Below, piece after piece: positions 1 through 10,839 of a stretch of DNA of 64,000 nucleotides; the first letter of the stretch is position 1, and the number at the start of each line of letters is the position of its first letter. A model generated the notes under the pieces. The model saw only the letters and a list, made by a program, of their open reading frames with translations. It was not told the DNA's origin and made no database searches. This stretch comes from an uncultured cyanobacterium (GTDB lineage: Bacteria > Cyanobacteriota > Cyanobacteriia > Cyanobacteriales > Nostocaceae). A program made the translations under genes and the position numbers. The stretch lies in assembly GCA_963706595.1 (NCBI GenBank), contig OY970166.1:1-64000 (forward strand), in the 5' to 3' direction.

Positions 1-978
1 ACATAGTTTAATCGATTTTTGCCTATTTATGCACTCATTAGTAAATAAGTACATAAATCACTAAGACGCGATCAATAGAACAGGGCTGCAATCTCCTGAG
101 AAAATACCCAATTCCCTAGTCTATGCTGTCCATTACCCAGCCTTTTTCCAGAAAATAGTGCAAAGTTAATTTTTTTGATGCTAAGGTGGTTTCATATTGG
201 CGAAAATCAGGGTTGTTTGATAAACTTAGTATATTAAGTTGAAAAACTAACAATTTGGTATAAAGTGTACACAGTACGAGTAATCCTAATTGGCTATGTC
301 TAACAATAGGTAATTTTAGATATACGTAGTAAATTTCCTTTGATAAATTTAACCCGTATCCGGTTACAAGTTTAGTGTGTTTCTCAAATTGGTGAATTGC
401 GATACCGCGATTTTTCAAATTGAGATATTAGTTTCTGTCTTAGGGTAGATGCTAATGGTGTTTTTTAAGTATTATAAGTTGTACGTCATCTTTCCCAGCT
501 TTTAAAGTAACGCCTCACTTCTACCGTTATCGGGGTCTGCTCTGTTGTAGCAGGAATCAATAGGGAAACCAAGTGTGCTTTTGCTCATGCCAATTTCAAA
601 AGATCAGTAATTCTGCTCAGCCTACGTACTTGCAGTATATTTAGCCTAAATGATAGGTTGAATACTCTTTAACTAACATCAGTTATTTGATGTAGTCGGG
701 TATTAAGGGCAGAGGCAAAAGTATATTTTATGCAGTAACATTTAGTCAACTGCGTAGTTTTTCGAGCGCAGATTTCCCAGGAAAAACCACAATTTGTCAG
801 CAATGAGGGATGAAAGATGACACTAAAGTTTTGTAAAAATCTGCAAACTTTGAAGAAATTATCTGGTTTTACTGGTTAAATTTAGAAGTTTGTTGTTATA
901 CCTGTAATTATCGCCTGCTCCCTTACTGCTTAGGCATTGCTCTTCACACAGCACCCGCCCTCCCTAGAGAGTCTACAT

Positions 979-2271
979 ATGCTCAAACTCTTATTGCTGT
1001 CAGGATGGTTCCGCCTTCAACCATTTGTCAATTATGTTGTTCTAGTGATGCTGATTGCACCCTTAGTCGCAGCATTTCGGGTCACTCTAGCTCCGCCAAA
1101 CAATCAAGCGTAGTCACAAAAATTGCTTCCGCAAGGACACAATTTGACTCTGCACCATTGGCAGTGGCTAGTATGAATGAACCTTATTTAGTTGAATTAT
1201 TAACAACATCTCCCATAACTTCCTTCGCCGAAAAATCTGAATCTATGCCATTGTTAATGGCTTCTATTCGGGGAACCGTCAATCCTACAAACGGGCAACA
1301 TTGAGTCTTTGGTAGCAGATGATTTTTTCTCTAGCAGTGATTTTGATGAGGCTTCACCATTCGGCAGCAGTGGAATTAGCACCAATTCCAGAAACGGCTG
1401 GGAGTAAATTCGAACGTGGTAATAGCTTGAAGACCAAGTTGCCAAATGAAATACTGACCGCGAAATCATTGAGAACAACGCCTAGACAGTTACAACCAAT
1501 CTTAACGCCCGAAACACCTGTTATCGAAGAACTTGATGAAGAGGAAATGTTGGCACAGATTGATCCTATCGGTAGTCCTCATCCTATTCCTTGGAAATGG
1601 ATCGCGGCGACTCAAGAAGCAATTGGTTCCAAGGGTCGTTCGGGAGTTCGTCACTACCGCAGCGTACCAGTGGTTTCTCCAGATGGTAAGTATGCTGTTT
1701 ATAGCCGAGTGCAATTAGAAGTAAAACCCGAAATGTACAACAGCCGTGTTACCAGCGTTCTGTTTGTTCAAGATATGCACACCAAGAAGTTGTGGGTAAT
1801 GGCTTCAACGACTCCTGTTAGCGATCCCTTATTAAAGGTAAAGGCTTTAAAGGCGGCGGCGGCATCAGAAGAAACTGATACTCAGAGTGGTAAAATTGGG
1901 GTATTGGTTCCAGTTAGTTGGTCGGGAAAAGGGAATAGCTTTTTGGCACGCAAGTTTGAAGGTATATTTAATGCAGGGGATTCTACAGATGAGTGCAGTG
2001 ATTTGGGATCGGCAAAAAAATCACGCTAACACAGTGGCTCCGATTAGTCACGAAGATGAGCATGAGAAGATTGCGGTCTTATTAGGTTGGAGCAAAAGCC
2101 AGCCCGATAATGTACTTTTCCGTGCAGGAGAAATGGGGGAGGAAACTGGCCACTAGTAAAAGTTGCTAAAGATGGTGCATTTATCACTCCAACAGACACC
2201 GATCAGCCTATTACTTTTGGTCAAAAAAGGTTACAGAAGTTTGGGCAGGCACAAAATTTGCTTCTCGATAG
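979..2271 (+). pseudogene. Cyanobacterial hypothetical exported protein, split by several frameshifts (pseudogene or sequencing error)
   Basis: ATG at 979 opens a signal-like N-terminus (MLKLLLLSGWFRLQPFVNYVVLVMLIAPLVAAF). Coding continues through ORF pieces 1005-1304, 1319-2029 (VVSPDGKYAVYSR, LVPVSWS) and 1887-2156 to a TAG near 2271. Confidence 0.6.
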
Positions 2272-2292
2272 TTTATAAAATTTTATATTAAC

Positions 2293-2327
2293 TCCCGTTG
2301 TTAAATCCTAAAACAACGGGAATTTTT
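2293..2327 (+). terminator. Rho-independent terminator
   Basis: TCCCGTTGTT...AACAACGGGA hairpin followed by a T-run, just after the first gene. Confidence 0.65.
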
Positions 2328-2409
2328 TAAAACTCGACTTATGAGTGGCGGATGAATAAACGGGTTTAAAACTCTACTGATTTATTCTGATCCTTAATTC
2401 TGACTTCTG

Positions 2410-2538
2410 ATATCATGTCCGTTAAATAATTTCATTGCAAACGAGAGGAGCATCCCGTAGAAGCCTTGCTCGATTGCTTCATTCCACTTCGTTCGCACTC
2501 GCAATGACATATTACAAGTCATTTGCCGGACATGATAT
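2410..2538. mobile_element. MITE-like element with 12-bp terminal inverted repeats
   Basis: ATATCATGTCCG (2410-2421) and CGGACATGATAT (2527-2538). The same ends recur at 35374-35515. Confidence 0.65.
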
Positions 2539-2781
2539 AATCTTTTTCTTCAATAGGATTTTCATTTGAAATTAGGTATACGTGTAAGGTAGCACAGCTA
2601 GCTGTAGGAGATAAGCAAAGATTAAAGTTTGTTTTCAAGTGTATATAAGTATTTGAGGAATTAAAATAATTGAAAATAAGTTTAATTCAAAATCAAGACT
2701 GTTATATTGCACTACTCGACAATTCACATTTTGCTGATCCAATAGCTTTTAATCAAAATACTTAGATTAAAACTCTAAGAT

Positions 2782-3076
2782 TTATAATCCCCTGTTTTCC
2801 CATTCAGGTATGGCTCCTTTGACTCGGCGGATGGGCAAATTCGCAATTAAAGCTGTCGTTCGTTGGTTACTTTCTAGGGAGAACTCCAAGCCCTCCGTCT
2901 CAATTTCGACATAGCGACAGACTACATCTAAGATTTCTTTCCGCATTTTTTCCAACGTTTGAGGATCTAAATCAGCGCGATCGTGAGCAATCACCAATTG
3001 CAGGCGACGTTTAACTTGAGTTCGACTGCTATCAGGAGTCGCGAAAAAAAAGTCGTTCTAGAAGTTCAAGAATCAT
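2782..3076 (-). CDS. minE: Cell division topological specificity factor MinE (one frameshift near the A-run at ~3044-3051)
   Basis: [10 protein letters not shown] then, after a shift, [20 protein letters not shown]...[12 protein letters not shown]...[10 protein letters not shown]. Downstream of minD. Confidence 0.9.
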
Positions 3077-3112
3077 TACGAATAGGTGCGCGGAGACTGG
3101 AAAATGAGATAA

Positions 3113-3918
3113 TTAAACAATCTTTGTCCTAAACAACCTTCGTATCCGGGCAAAGATGCTGTCTTGGGCGAGTCGAAATCCAGAAAATCGACATTTTCTC
3201 CTTCTAATCTACGGGCAATATTATCAAAGGCTGTGGCAGCTAAAGAGGGAATTTCCCCTAACACTAAAGGTTCGCCGCGATTGGTAGATACAATAACACG
3301 CTCGTCGTCAGGGATTACCCCGATCAGGGGAATTGCGAGAAGTTCCTGAACATCTTGCACAGACATCATATCATTTGCCTGTACCATTGCGGGTCTGATG
3401 CGGTTAATTATTAAATGAACACGTTTGATACCTTGTGCTTCTAGTAACCCCACTACGCGATCAGCATCACGAACTGCAGAAATTTCTGGCGTGCTGACAA
3501 CTAGTGCTTCTTTTGCCGGGGCGATCGCATTTTTAAACCCATTTTCAATCCCGGCGGGGCTATCAATAATCACGTACTGATACTTTTGCGCTAGGGCATT
3601 CACCAGCAACTTCATTTGTTCCGGAGTGACTGCATCTTTGGAGCGATTTTGGGCTGCTGGCAGAAGTACGAGATTGGGTTGTCGCTTATCTTTCACCAAA
3701 GCTTGTTCTAATCGGCACTCTCTAGCCAAAACTTCCACCGCAGTATAAACAATGCGGTTTTCTAGTCCCAGCAACAAATCCAAATTTCTCAGCCCAAAAT
3801 CCGCATCAACTAAAGCAACTTGACGACCCATTTTGGCTAAAGCCATGCCCAGATTTGCCGAAACTGTGGTTTTACCCACTCCTCCTTTACCGGAGGTAAT
3901 CACAATAATGCGAGTCAT
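3113..3918 (-). CDS. minD: Septum site-determining ATPase MinD (frameshift near the C-terminus, ~3165)
   Basis: TSGKGGVGKTT deviant Walker A, DADFGLRNLD, DSPAGIE. The amphipathic membrane-targeting tail SIFARIRRLF lies in another frame ending at TAA 3113-3115. Confidence 0.93.
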
Positions 3919-3961
3919 GATAGAGTTGCGCTCGATGAGGGTTCAGGAAATATGTAAATAC

Positions 3962-5028
3962 TTATGGTAGCTGATTGATCCTAGTCAATTGGTTTCTGGA
4001 AAAATCATTAGCCCTGGCAATACGAATTCCTTGGGCATAATATGTGCCACTTCTGGAGAAAATTGCATCGGTAATTTTTCTGGTGACCTAGCTACAGCAT
4101 CTGCAATCCGTAATTGGGTAGGTTCCATTTGCAAAGCCATAATTAGACACTCACGATTGCCTCCGGCACCCGCATGAGCAATTCCACGTAGACGACCCCA
4201 GATGATGATATCTCCATCTGCAATTACAATACCACCTGGGTTTACATCTCCCAAGATAATTACTGTACCAGGATGACGAATTTCTACTCCAGAGCGGACT
4301 GTTATTTCTAGATAGAGGGCATCGCCTGGGGTTGTAGTCGTAGCTTTTGGTTCTGAACTCAGAGAAGTTACAGGCTGGAATTGTTCTACAGAATACCCAG
4401 ATGTGACAGCTGCGATCGCAGTTTGTCGGCGACTTGTTGAGACAGATTTGAGTCGCAGTTGGACTTCGCTTAAAGCTTCGGCGAATTCTTGTAGTTGTCT
4501 GCCATCTAATAGGCGGTCTTGTGCCATCAAATGCACAGGGGTATTGGATGTCCGGAAGCGATCGCCTGCATTCAACCGTTACTTGATTTGTTGCCAAATG
4601 CCAGACCAACCCAGTTCTGAGGCAGATACTTGAGATTCTGATGGCAAAATTAATAATAATCTTTCCTCTTTACTTTTTAACTGGACTTGAATATTGTTAT
4701 TTACCCTATTCCCTGTCTGTTAATCATTGATTTGAAAGTCCGAAATCCAAATCGACAACATTGGCTCTGGGTAACAGATTTGACCATCAGTGGGTAGCAG
4801 GATTTGACTCTACATCACCAGGGTCAGTATTTGACTGTAAATAAAGGAGAACAGATTTTAGCTCCGCATCAGGGATAATAGGATCTGATCCTCAGAAATA
4901 GTGACATTAGACGACTTATTGTCAGCAAGGGCGGATTTACTTCTAAATCCGAAAGGATAGAGTTGGATTCTGCATCAGGGGAGTGCAGAATTTGACTTTA
5001 GATTGGGAATATGAGAATCAGAAGTCAT
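3962..5028 (-). CDS. minC: Septum site-determining protein MinC (multiple frameshifts)
   Basis: TVRSGVEIRHPGTVIILGDVNPGGIVIADGDIIIWGRLRGIAHAGA in ORF 3985-4575. Likely start MTSDSHIPNL at 5028, with a low-complexity acidic N-terminus. Confidence 0.85.
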
Positions 5029-5111
5029 GCATTACTAGCCAAAAGATACACCGAGTAATTTTCGATATTAAATTATTTGCATGATCCAAAAGATTCTTTA
5101 CTATATCTTTA

Positions 5112-6434
5112 CTATATATTTTTAGTTAATCTTTTGTAAACCGTCCCCAAGGCATCAGCATCGCCAACATTACCTGGAAACAGCACCACTGGCAAATCAG
5201 GAAACTGAGGATGTTCCGAAGTGGTGATTACCATTGAACAACCAGCTAAAATTTGTCCAAGTAAGCGGGCTGAATTTAAAGATAGCCCAGTACTCAAGAC
5301 ATCGTTTGAGGTAATTCCACCCTTGCTGATTAAAAATCCGATATCAGATGGTAAACCCCGGACAATATCCATCAATAAACTTGAAACTTTTACCCCAAAC
5401 TCCAATCGAGTTTTAACATCTTTAAAACTTAGTTCCTGACGACTGGTATAAACTACTGGTGTTTTACCAGCTTCGTGTGCCGCCTTGATACTTTCTTTAA
5501 TTTCAGTTAGCAGTGTAGTAGATTGATTCACTCCATCATCAAGTAATCGCGCCACATCTACTTCGATTCCCACCGTTCCCTCTACTTGCAATAACGCCTC
5601 TAACTGCTGAGTAGTCTTTTTAACATGAGAACCAACAATTACCGCACCCTGGTTTGCCTGCCGCACATATTGCGCCATGTTTTCGGCGGCAATGGGTTGA
5701 GGAGGTAAAGCAGCTAAAGCGGTTAAAATACTCGCAGCACTGCGAAACAAAAAGCGTTTTCCTTGACTTGCTGCTGTTAATACATCCACTGCAAAGCGGT
5801 TGAGATCCTCTTGAGTTTCACCATCGACAACAGCGCATTGATTATCACTACAGTTTTAATAAGCGTTCTAAACTACCAGTCCGAATATCATCAAGAAAAA
5901 CCTGGTTACAGATTCGGCACTAATTCGTCCTTGAGTCTTTTCCTCTACATACTTGGGTAAGTAACTGTGATGGTAGCTGAACACTGAATCACGGGCAAAT
6001 TCAGTTTCATGGACTGGGGTCGGTACACCATCAATAATCAAGTAATGTACGCTGTCGCGGGTGATGCGTCCACCCTCAAAAAATGCTGGGACGAGAAAAT
6101 GAGCATCAAAGGGCCGAGTTCTTGTGCGATCGCATCAGTTTCAATGGGATAATGTCCCCGTAAGGTAGAATCAGAACGGCTAACAATCAGAAAATCGTCA
6201 TATTTTCCGCATTTAACGCGAGTTTTAAGTTTTGACAAACTTCTTTGGTGACAGATGCGGCTGACTCTGGCGTTAAGGATCTAGTATTAGTCAGCACAAA
6301 GAAAATCGGTGAATCATCTTGCAAACCAAGGCGTAAAGTATCCACATCCCAGTGCATTAACAGCAAGCAACTGTGGACTGTTTGAGAACCTGTAGGGTCA
6401 TCATCCAGGACAATTATTTTGGTTTGTTACTCAT
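5112..6434 (-). CDS. Four-carbon acid sugar kinase family protein (DUF1537/YgbK-like), multiple frameshifts
   Basis: N-terminus KIIVLDDDPTGSQTVH, SRSDSTLRGHYP, C-terminal ISKGGITSND and VLFPGNVG motifs. Confidence 0.85.
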
Positions 6435-6483
6435 TTAAATATCGGGACGATGTTTTAAACATCCTAGTGGATATTTCCTCAAC

Positions 6484-7099
6484 TCAAATTTTGTATTTTC
6501 TGACTTCTGCTTGTACATCCAAGGCAATCTGCAAAGATTGATTAATGTAGCTTCCTTTTATTATTCATAAATAACTCTTGGTTATTTGCCAGTAGTTTTT
6601 TATTATCCCGCAAAATTCGTTCACTTTTAAGAGAATTTACTAAATCTTCTCTAATAAGTTGTAAGGCAGTAATCACTTGATCTCGGTCATCGATGCTACT
6701 TTGGGAATTGCCAGATGTGGCTAATTGGTCATTAATATCTATTGCTTTGACCACAGTATGATATTTATCGACTTCATCTAAAATTACTGTCAGACTGTGG
6801 GGAAAGGTGAAACGTTGCCATAGCGATCGCCCAACTAATATGGAAATTGGGACTAAAATTAGTAACAGGATTCCTACTGTAATTGAAGAACCAATTATCG
6901 GCAGAATAATAAACGCATAAACAAAGCCAACAACGATAGGGGTTAAAGCCAATGCTACCAGCATTTCATTAATAAACATTCCTAATCGCTGCTTCCCGTC
7001 TTTCCACATAGAAGGTCGAAAAACATCATCTGGCTCGAATCCTGTCAAACGTCTCAGTTCACCTTTGCTAATTTCCAAACCTATTAAGTCCGGCTGCAC
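6484..7099 (-). CDS. Hypothetical membrane protein (two TM segments plus helical domain), 3' end frameshifted
   Basis: ORF 6542-7099 has hydrophobic segments. A continuation NQSLQIALDVQAEVRK lies in another frame. Confidence 0.7.
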
Positions 7100-7238
7100 A
7101 GCGAGATACTCCTATGAAAGCGCGATTTGAGTATTTATTTTAGTCGGTTTTTTCAAAAAAACAATAGCATTGGTAATAGGTGAAATCTAATATAGACGAA
7201 ATATCATCTGTATTCATCAATCTGGCTAAATAGTTTAT

Positions 7239-7400
7239 TCAACTAAGATGTGAACGTTCTTCATCTCCTGCTAAATATTTCATTCCCGTTTGTATATCTT
7301 GGCAATTTTTCAAGGATTCATTGAGTAAGCGTGAATATTTTTTGCTGACTGTTGCCTTTGTAAGGCTTGTATAGCAATTAAATTACTTTCTAAAAATTAT
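7239..7400 (-). pseudogene. Possible remnant of a paralog of the 6484-7099 gene (C-terminal part)
   Basis: Broken translation ESNLIAIQALQ...YSRLLNESL..IAQDIQTGMK resembles NQSLQIALDVQAEV of the neighbour. Confidence 0.35.
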
Positions 7401-7411
7401 GGCTACATCAG

Positions 7412-7971
7412 TCAGATTTCCTGAACTTCAGAAAATTTAAACCTAAAAATAGACCCGCAATACTTCCAGCACCGCAATTTCACCGTTAATAATTTTATCT
7501 AAAACTGATTCTACAGGAATTAAAACAACTCTCAATATCTTCTGTAATGTCTAACTTTTGTTCTCCAATTTTTATCACATTTTCAGCCAAAAATAAATGT
7601 ATTTTGTTAGTATCCTTGACTGGATTATCATATAAAGTAGCTAATTTAGTAAGTTTTTGGGATACATAACCAGTTTCTTCTTTTAGTTCTCTGACTGCTG
7701 CTGTTTCAGCATCTTCTTTGGCTGCGTCGAAACTCCCCGCAGGAAGTTCTAACAAAATTTCACCCGCCCCATGCCTATATTGACGCACAAAAACAATTTC
7801 TTGATGAATTGTAATAGGTAAAACAAGTGCGATTTCCGGTCTAATAACCACAAAAAAATCATCTATAATTTTACCATTAGGTAATTTTATTTCATCTTGC
7901 CTGACTTGACACCAGCGATGATTTATAACCATTTCTGATTTTAGAACATGCCATTTTTTGAAATTATTCAT
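7412..7971 (-). CDS. NUDIX hydrolase (ADP-ribose pyrophosphatase-like), frameshift near the 3' end
   Basis: Nudix box ELPAGSFD...AAVRELKEETGY, plus VRQYRH. The tail VVLIPVESVLDKIINGEI is in another frame. Confidence 0.85.
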
Positions 7972-8010
7972 ACCTATATATAGGACTAATATTTGATTAT
8001 TAACAAACAA

Positions 8011-8085
8011 GTAGGGTGTGTTAACGGAGAGTAACGCACCAAACCTAATAACGGTGCGTTAGGATTTTATCCTAACACACCCTAC
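8011..8085. repeat. REPIN-like double palindrome bounded by GTAG...CTAC
   Basis: GTAG-GGTGTGTTA-N8-TAACGCACC ... GGTGCGTTA-N11-TAACACACC-CTAC. Near-identical copy at 35556-35635. Confidence 0.8.
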
Positions 8086-8106
8086 TATACTTAATTGATT
8101 ATTTTT

Positions 8107-9159
8107 ATGCAATTAGAAGTAAAGTTATTTACTGTCAATAAACGCTTTCCTTTGACTATTAGTCGCGGGACAACAGCCCAAACCACAAATATATGGGTAA
8201 AAATTTTACATGATGGTATTGAAGGCTGGGGTGAAGCTTCACCTTTTGGTGTAGGTACTCATTCCCAATCAACTGATATAATCAAAAGTCATTTGCAACA
8301 ACTTGCACCAGTTTTAGAAGCATTCAACCCGTTACAACGACAGCAAATTGAAAAAATTCTAACACAACAGCAGGTTCCTTCGTCCGTGAGGGCAGCCCTG
8401 GATATGGCAATGTATGACTGGCTAGGTAAACGTGTGGGATTACCTGTTTGGCAAATTTGGGGACTTGACCGTAATGTTACAGTACCAACTTCAGTCACAA
8501 TTGGGATTAATTCACCAGCAGGAGCAAGAGCTAGGGCGCGGGACTGGTTACAATTTATGGATGTTCGCCTGTTTAAAGTGAAATTAGGAAATCCCGATGG
8601 TATAGATGCAGACCAGCAAATGTTATTAGCGGTGCAACAAGAAGCACCCGGTTTAGAATTATTCGTAGACGCAAATGGGGGTTGGAGCTTAGAAAATGCT
8701 ATTTATATGTGTAATTGGCTAGCTGATTTAGGTATCAAATATGTAGAACAACCATTAGCACGGGGTCAGGAAACAAGTTTAGTTCAACTGAAGGAAAAAT
8801 CCCCCCTACCAATATTTGTTGATGAAAGTTGCTTTACTAGTAGCGATATTCCCCATTTAGCCAACTATGTGGATGGAATTAATATCAAACTGATGAAATC
8901 AGGGGGACTCACCGAAGCCATGCGGATGGTACATACAGCGCGAGCTTATGGGTTACAAGTGATGTTTGGTTGCTATTCTGACAGTACACTAGCGAATACA
9001 GCCGCCGCACAGTTAGCACCATTAGCTGATTATTTAGATTTAGACAGTCACCTGAACTTAATTGATGATCCCTTTACGGGTGCATTAGTGCAAGAAGGGA
9101 GAATTTTACCAAACGATTTACCTGGCTTGGGGGTACAATACAGTGAGTTTGCCGCTTAA
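8107..9159 (+). CDS. Dipeptide epimerase / N-acyl amino acid racemase (enolase superfamily, DgcA-like)
   Basis: GWGEASP, FKVKLG (KxK), VDANGGW, EQP, DES, NIKLMKSGG, DLDSHL motifs. Confidence 0.88.
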   Translation: MQLEVKLFTVNKRFPLTISRGTTAQTTNIWVKILHDGIEGWGEASPFGVGTHSQSTDIIKSHLQQLAPVLEAFNPLQRQQIEKILTQQQVPSSVRAALDMAMYDWLGKRVGLPVWQIWGLDRNVTVPTSVTIGINSPAGARARARDWLQFMDVRLFKVKLGNPDGIDADQQMLLAVQQEAPGLELFVDANGGWSLENAIYMCNWLADLGIKYVEQPLARGQETSLVQLKEKSPLPIFVDESCFTSSDIPHLANYVDGINIKLMKSGGLTEAMRMVHTARAYGLQVMFGCYSDSTLANTAAAQLAPLADYLDLDSHLNLIDDPFTGALVQEGRILPNDLPGLGVQYSEFAA

Positions 9160-10189
9160 CCAAAGAATAGCGATTCTGCTACATGAAGGAATTACTGGGA
9201 CTCAGGGTAAAACTGGACTATCACTTTTACGTTACAGTCAAGCCCCAATTGTCGCCTTGATTGATCGTGAATCTGCTGGCAAATCTGTGTCAGAATTAAC
9301 AGGGATCAAGCGTGATGTCCCAATTGTGGCATCATTAACAGCAGCACTGGAGTATAAACCGGAAGTTTTGGTAATTGGTATTGCTCCCAAAGGTGGCATT
9401 TTACCGGATGATTACTGGTTAGAAATTAAAAATGCTTTACAAGCTGGGATGTCTTTGGTAAATGGTTTACACACACCATTGGCGAATATACCAGAGTTAA
9501 ATGCACTGCTCAAACCAGGACAATTAATTTGGGATGTACGCAAAGAACCAGCTAATTTAGATGTTGCTAGTGGTTTGGCTCGGACTCTTCCCTGTCGCCG
9601 AGTGCTGACTGTGGGAACTGATATGGCAATTGGTAAAATGTCCACTAGCCTAGAATTACATTGGGAGTCACAGCGACGGGGATGGCGTTCTAAATTTTTG
9701 GCTACAGGTCAAACTGGAGTGATGTTAGAAGGAGATGGCGTACCCTTGGATGCTGTGCGGGTAGATTTTGCGGCTGGTGCTATAGAGCAAATGGTGATGC
9801 GTCATGGTCAGGATTACGACATCCTGCACATTGAAGGACAAGGTTCGCTGCTGCATCCTGGTTCGACGGCTACTTTACCTTTAATCCGTGGTTCGCAACC
9901 AACGCAATTAATTTTAGCACATCGTGCGGGGCAAGTTCACGTGCGTAATCATTCCCATGTCCTGATTCCGTCTTTACTCAAGGTGATTCGGTTGTATGAA
10001 ACTGTCGCCAGTGGAGAAGGCGCTTTTGGAAATGTGCCTGTAGTGGGTATAGCTTTGAATACAGCTCACTTAGATGAGTTTACAGCCCAGGAGGCGATCG
10101 CACAAACTACAGCCGAAACTGGTCTACCTTGCAATGATGTCGTGCGTTTTGGGGCTGGTCTCTTATTAGATGCGATTATGAGTAATTAG
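9143..10189 (+). CDS. DUF1611 domain protein (DgcN-like P-loop protein)
   Basis: VLTVGTDMAIGKMSTSL, ATGQTG, IEGQGSLLHP motifs. Overlaps the epimerase stop. Confidence 0.85.
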   Translation: MSLPLNQRIAILLHEGITGTQGKTGLSLLRYSQAPIVALIDRESAGKSVSELTGIKRDVPIVASLTAALEYKPEVLVIGIAPKGGILPDDYWLEIKNALQAGMSLVNGLHTPLANIPELNALLKPGQLIWDVRKEPANLDVASGLARTLPCRRVLTVGTDMAIGKMSTSLELHWESQRRGWRSKFLATGQTGVMLEGDGVPLDAVRVDFAAGAIEQMVMRHGQDYDILHIEGQGSLLHPGSTATLPLIRGSQPTQLILAHRAGQVHVRNHSHVLIPSLLKVIRLYETVASGEGAFGNVPVVGIALNTAHLDEFTAQEAIAQTTAETGLPCNDVVRFGAGLLLDAIMSN

Positions 10190-10220
10190 GGGAGTGGGGA
10201 GTGGGGAGTAGGGAGTAGGG
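10190..10220. repeat. STRR heptamer array (GGGGAGT/AGGGAGT)
   Basis: Tandem 7-mers directly visible. Confidence 0.8.
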
Positions 10221-10303
10221 AATATAAACATTGAAAAGAAGCCTTGGGGAGAAAATCAAGACTTCTGGGGGACTTATGCAATTCACAGTTTAAAAATAAG
10301 GAT

Positions 10304-10543
10304 TTATACGACGTGGTTGAAAAAAATTGCCCAAATACTTCCTGTGACACCGATAGCGATTAAAGAGTTAGTAAAGAAACGTCCTAACTCGGTTCCTCTT
10401 CCTAGCTTATTCTCGTCTTGTCCGCCGCTAAAAAATAATGACCAAGCTTGGTTGACATTAATAATTTCAAAGTTATTGAAATTCGGTCTAAATACAACTG
10501 GACCGAGTAAATCTCTTTGGGGAAAATCAAAATCAGTTCTCAT
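10304..10543 (-). CDS. Small hypothetical membrane protein downstream of hli
   Basis: 79-aa ORF with a C-terminal TM helix, co-oriented with hli. Confidence 0.7.
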   Translation of the reverse strand: MRTDFDFPQRDLLGPVVFRPNFNNFEIINVNQAWSLFFSGGQDENKLGRGTELGRFFTNSLIAIGVTGSIWAIFFNHVV

Positions 10544-10603
10544 ATTTTTTCTCGCTTATTGTTCTACTGTTTATTAATTTTGCAAATTTCTGGAATCTTC
10601 AAT

Positions 10604-10816
10604 TTACAGGTTAGTCAACCAACCAATTAAACCTTGTCCGGTAATCACTTCTACAGCTATGAGTGAGACAAAACCAATCATCGCCAAACGACCATTGAGT
10701 TTCTCTGCATACTGGGTAAAACCTGCTCTTGGAGTTTGGTCTACATAAACTTTTGGCTCAATGGCGACTTTATTCCGTTCACCGAGTTCATTTATCTTGA
10801 AACCTTTGCTGGTCAT
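10604..10816 (-). CDS. hli: High-light inducible protein (CAB/ELIP/HLIP family)
   Basis: [18 protein letters not shown], the ExxNGRxAM chlorophyll-binding motif. Confidence 0.93.
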   Translation of the reverse strand: MTSKGFKINELGERNKVAIEPKVYVDQTPRAGFTQYAEKLNGRLAMIGFVSLIAVEVITGQGLIGWLTNL

Positions 10817-10839
10817 GGGTTTTTTCTTTTTTGTTTTCT

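Noticed and set aside
116..418. 100-aa minus-strand ORF
   Set aside because: No ATG or RBS, AT-rich, no recognisable motif. Likely a chance ORF.
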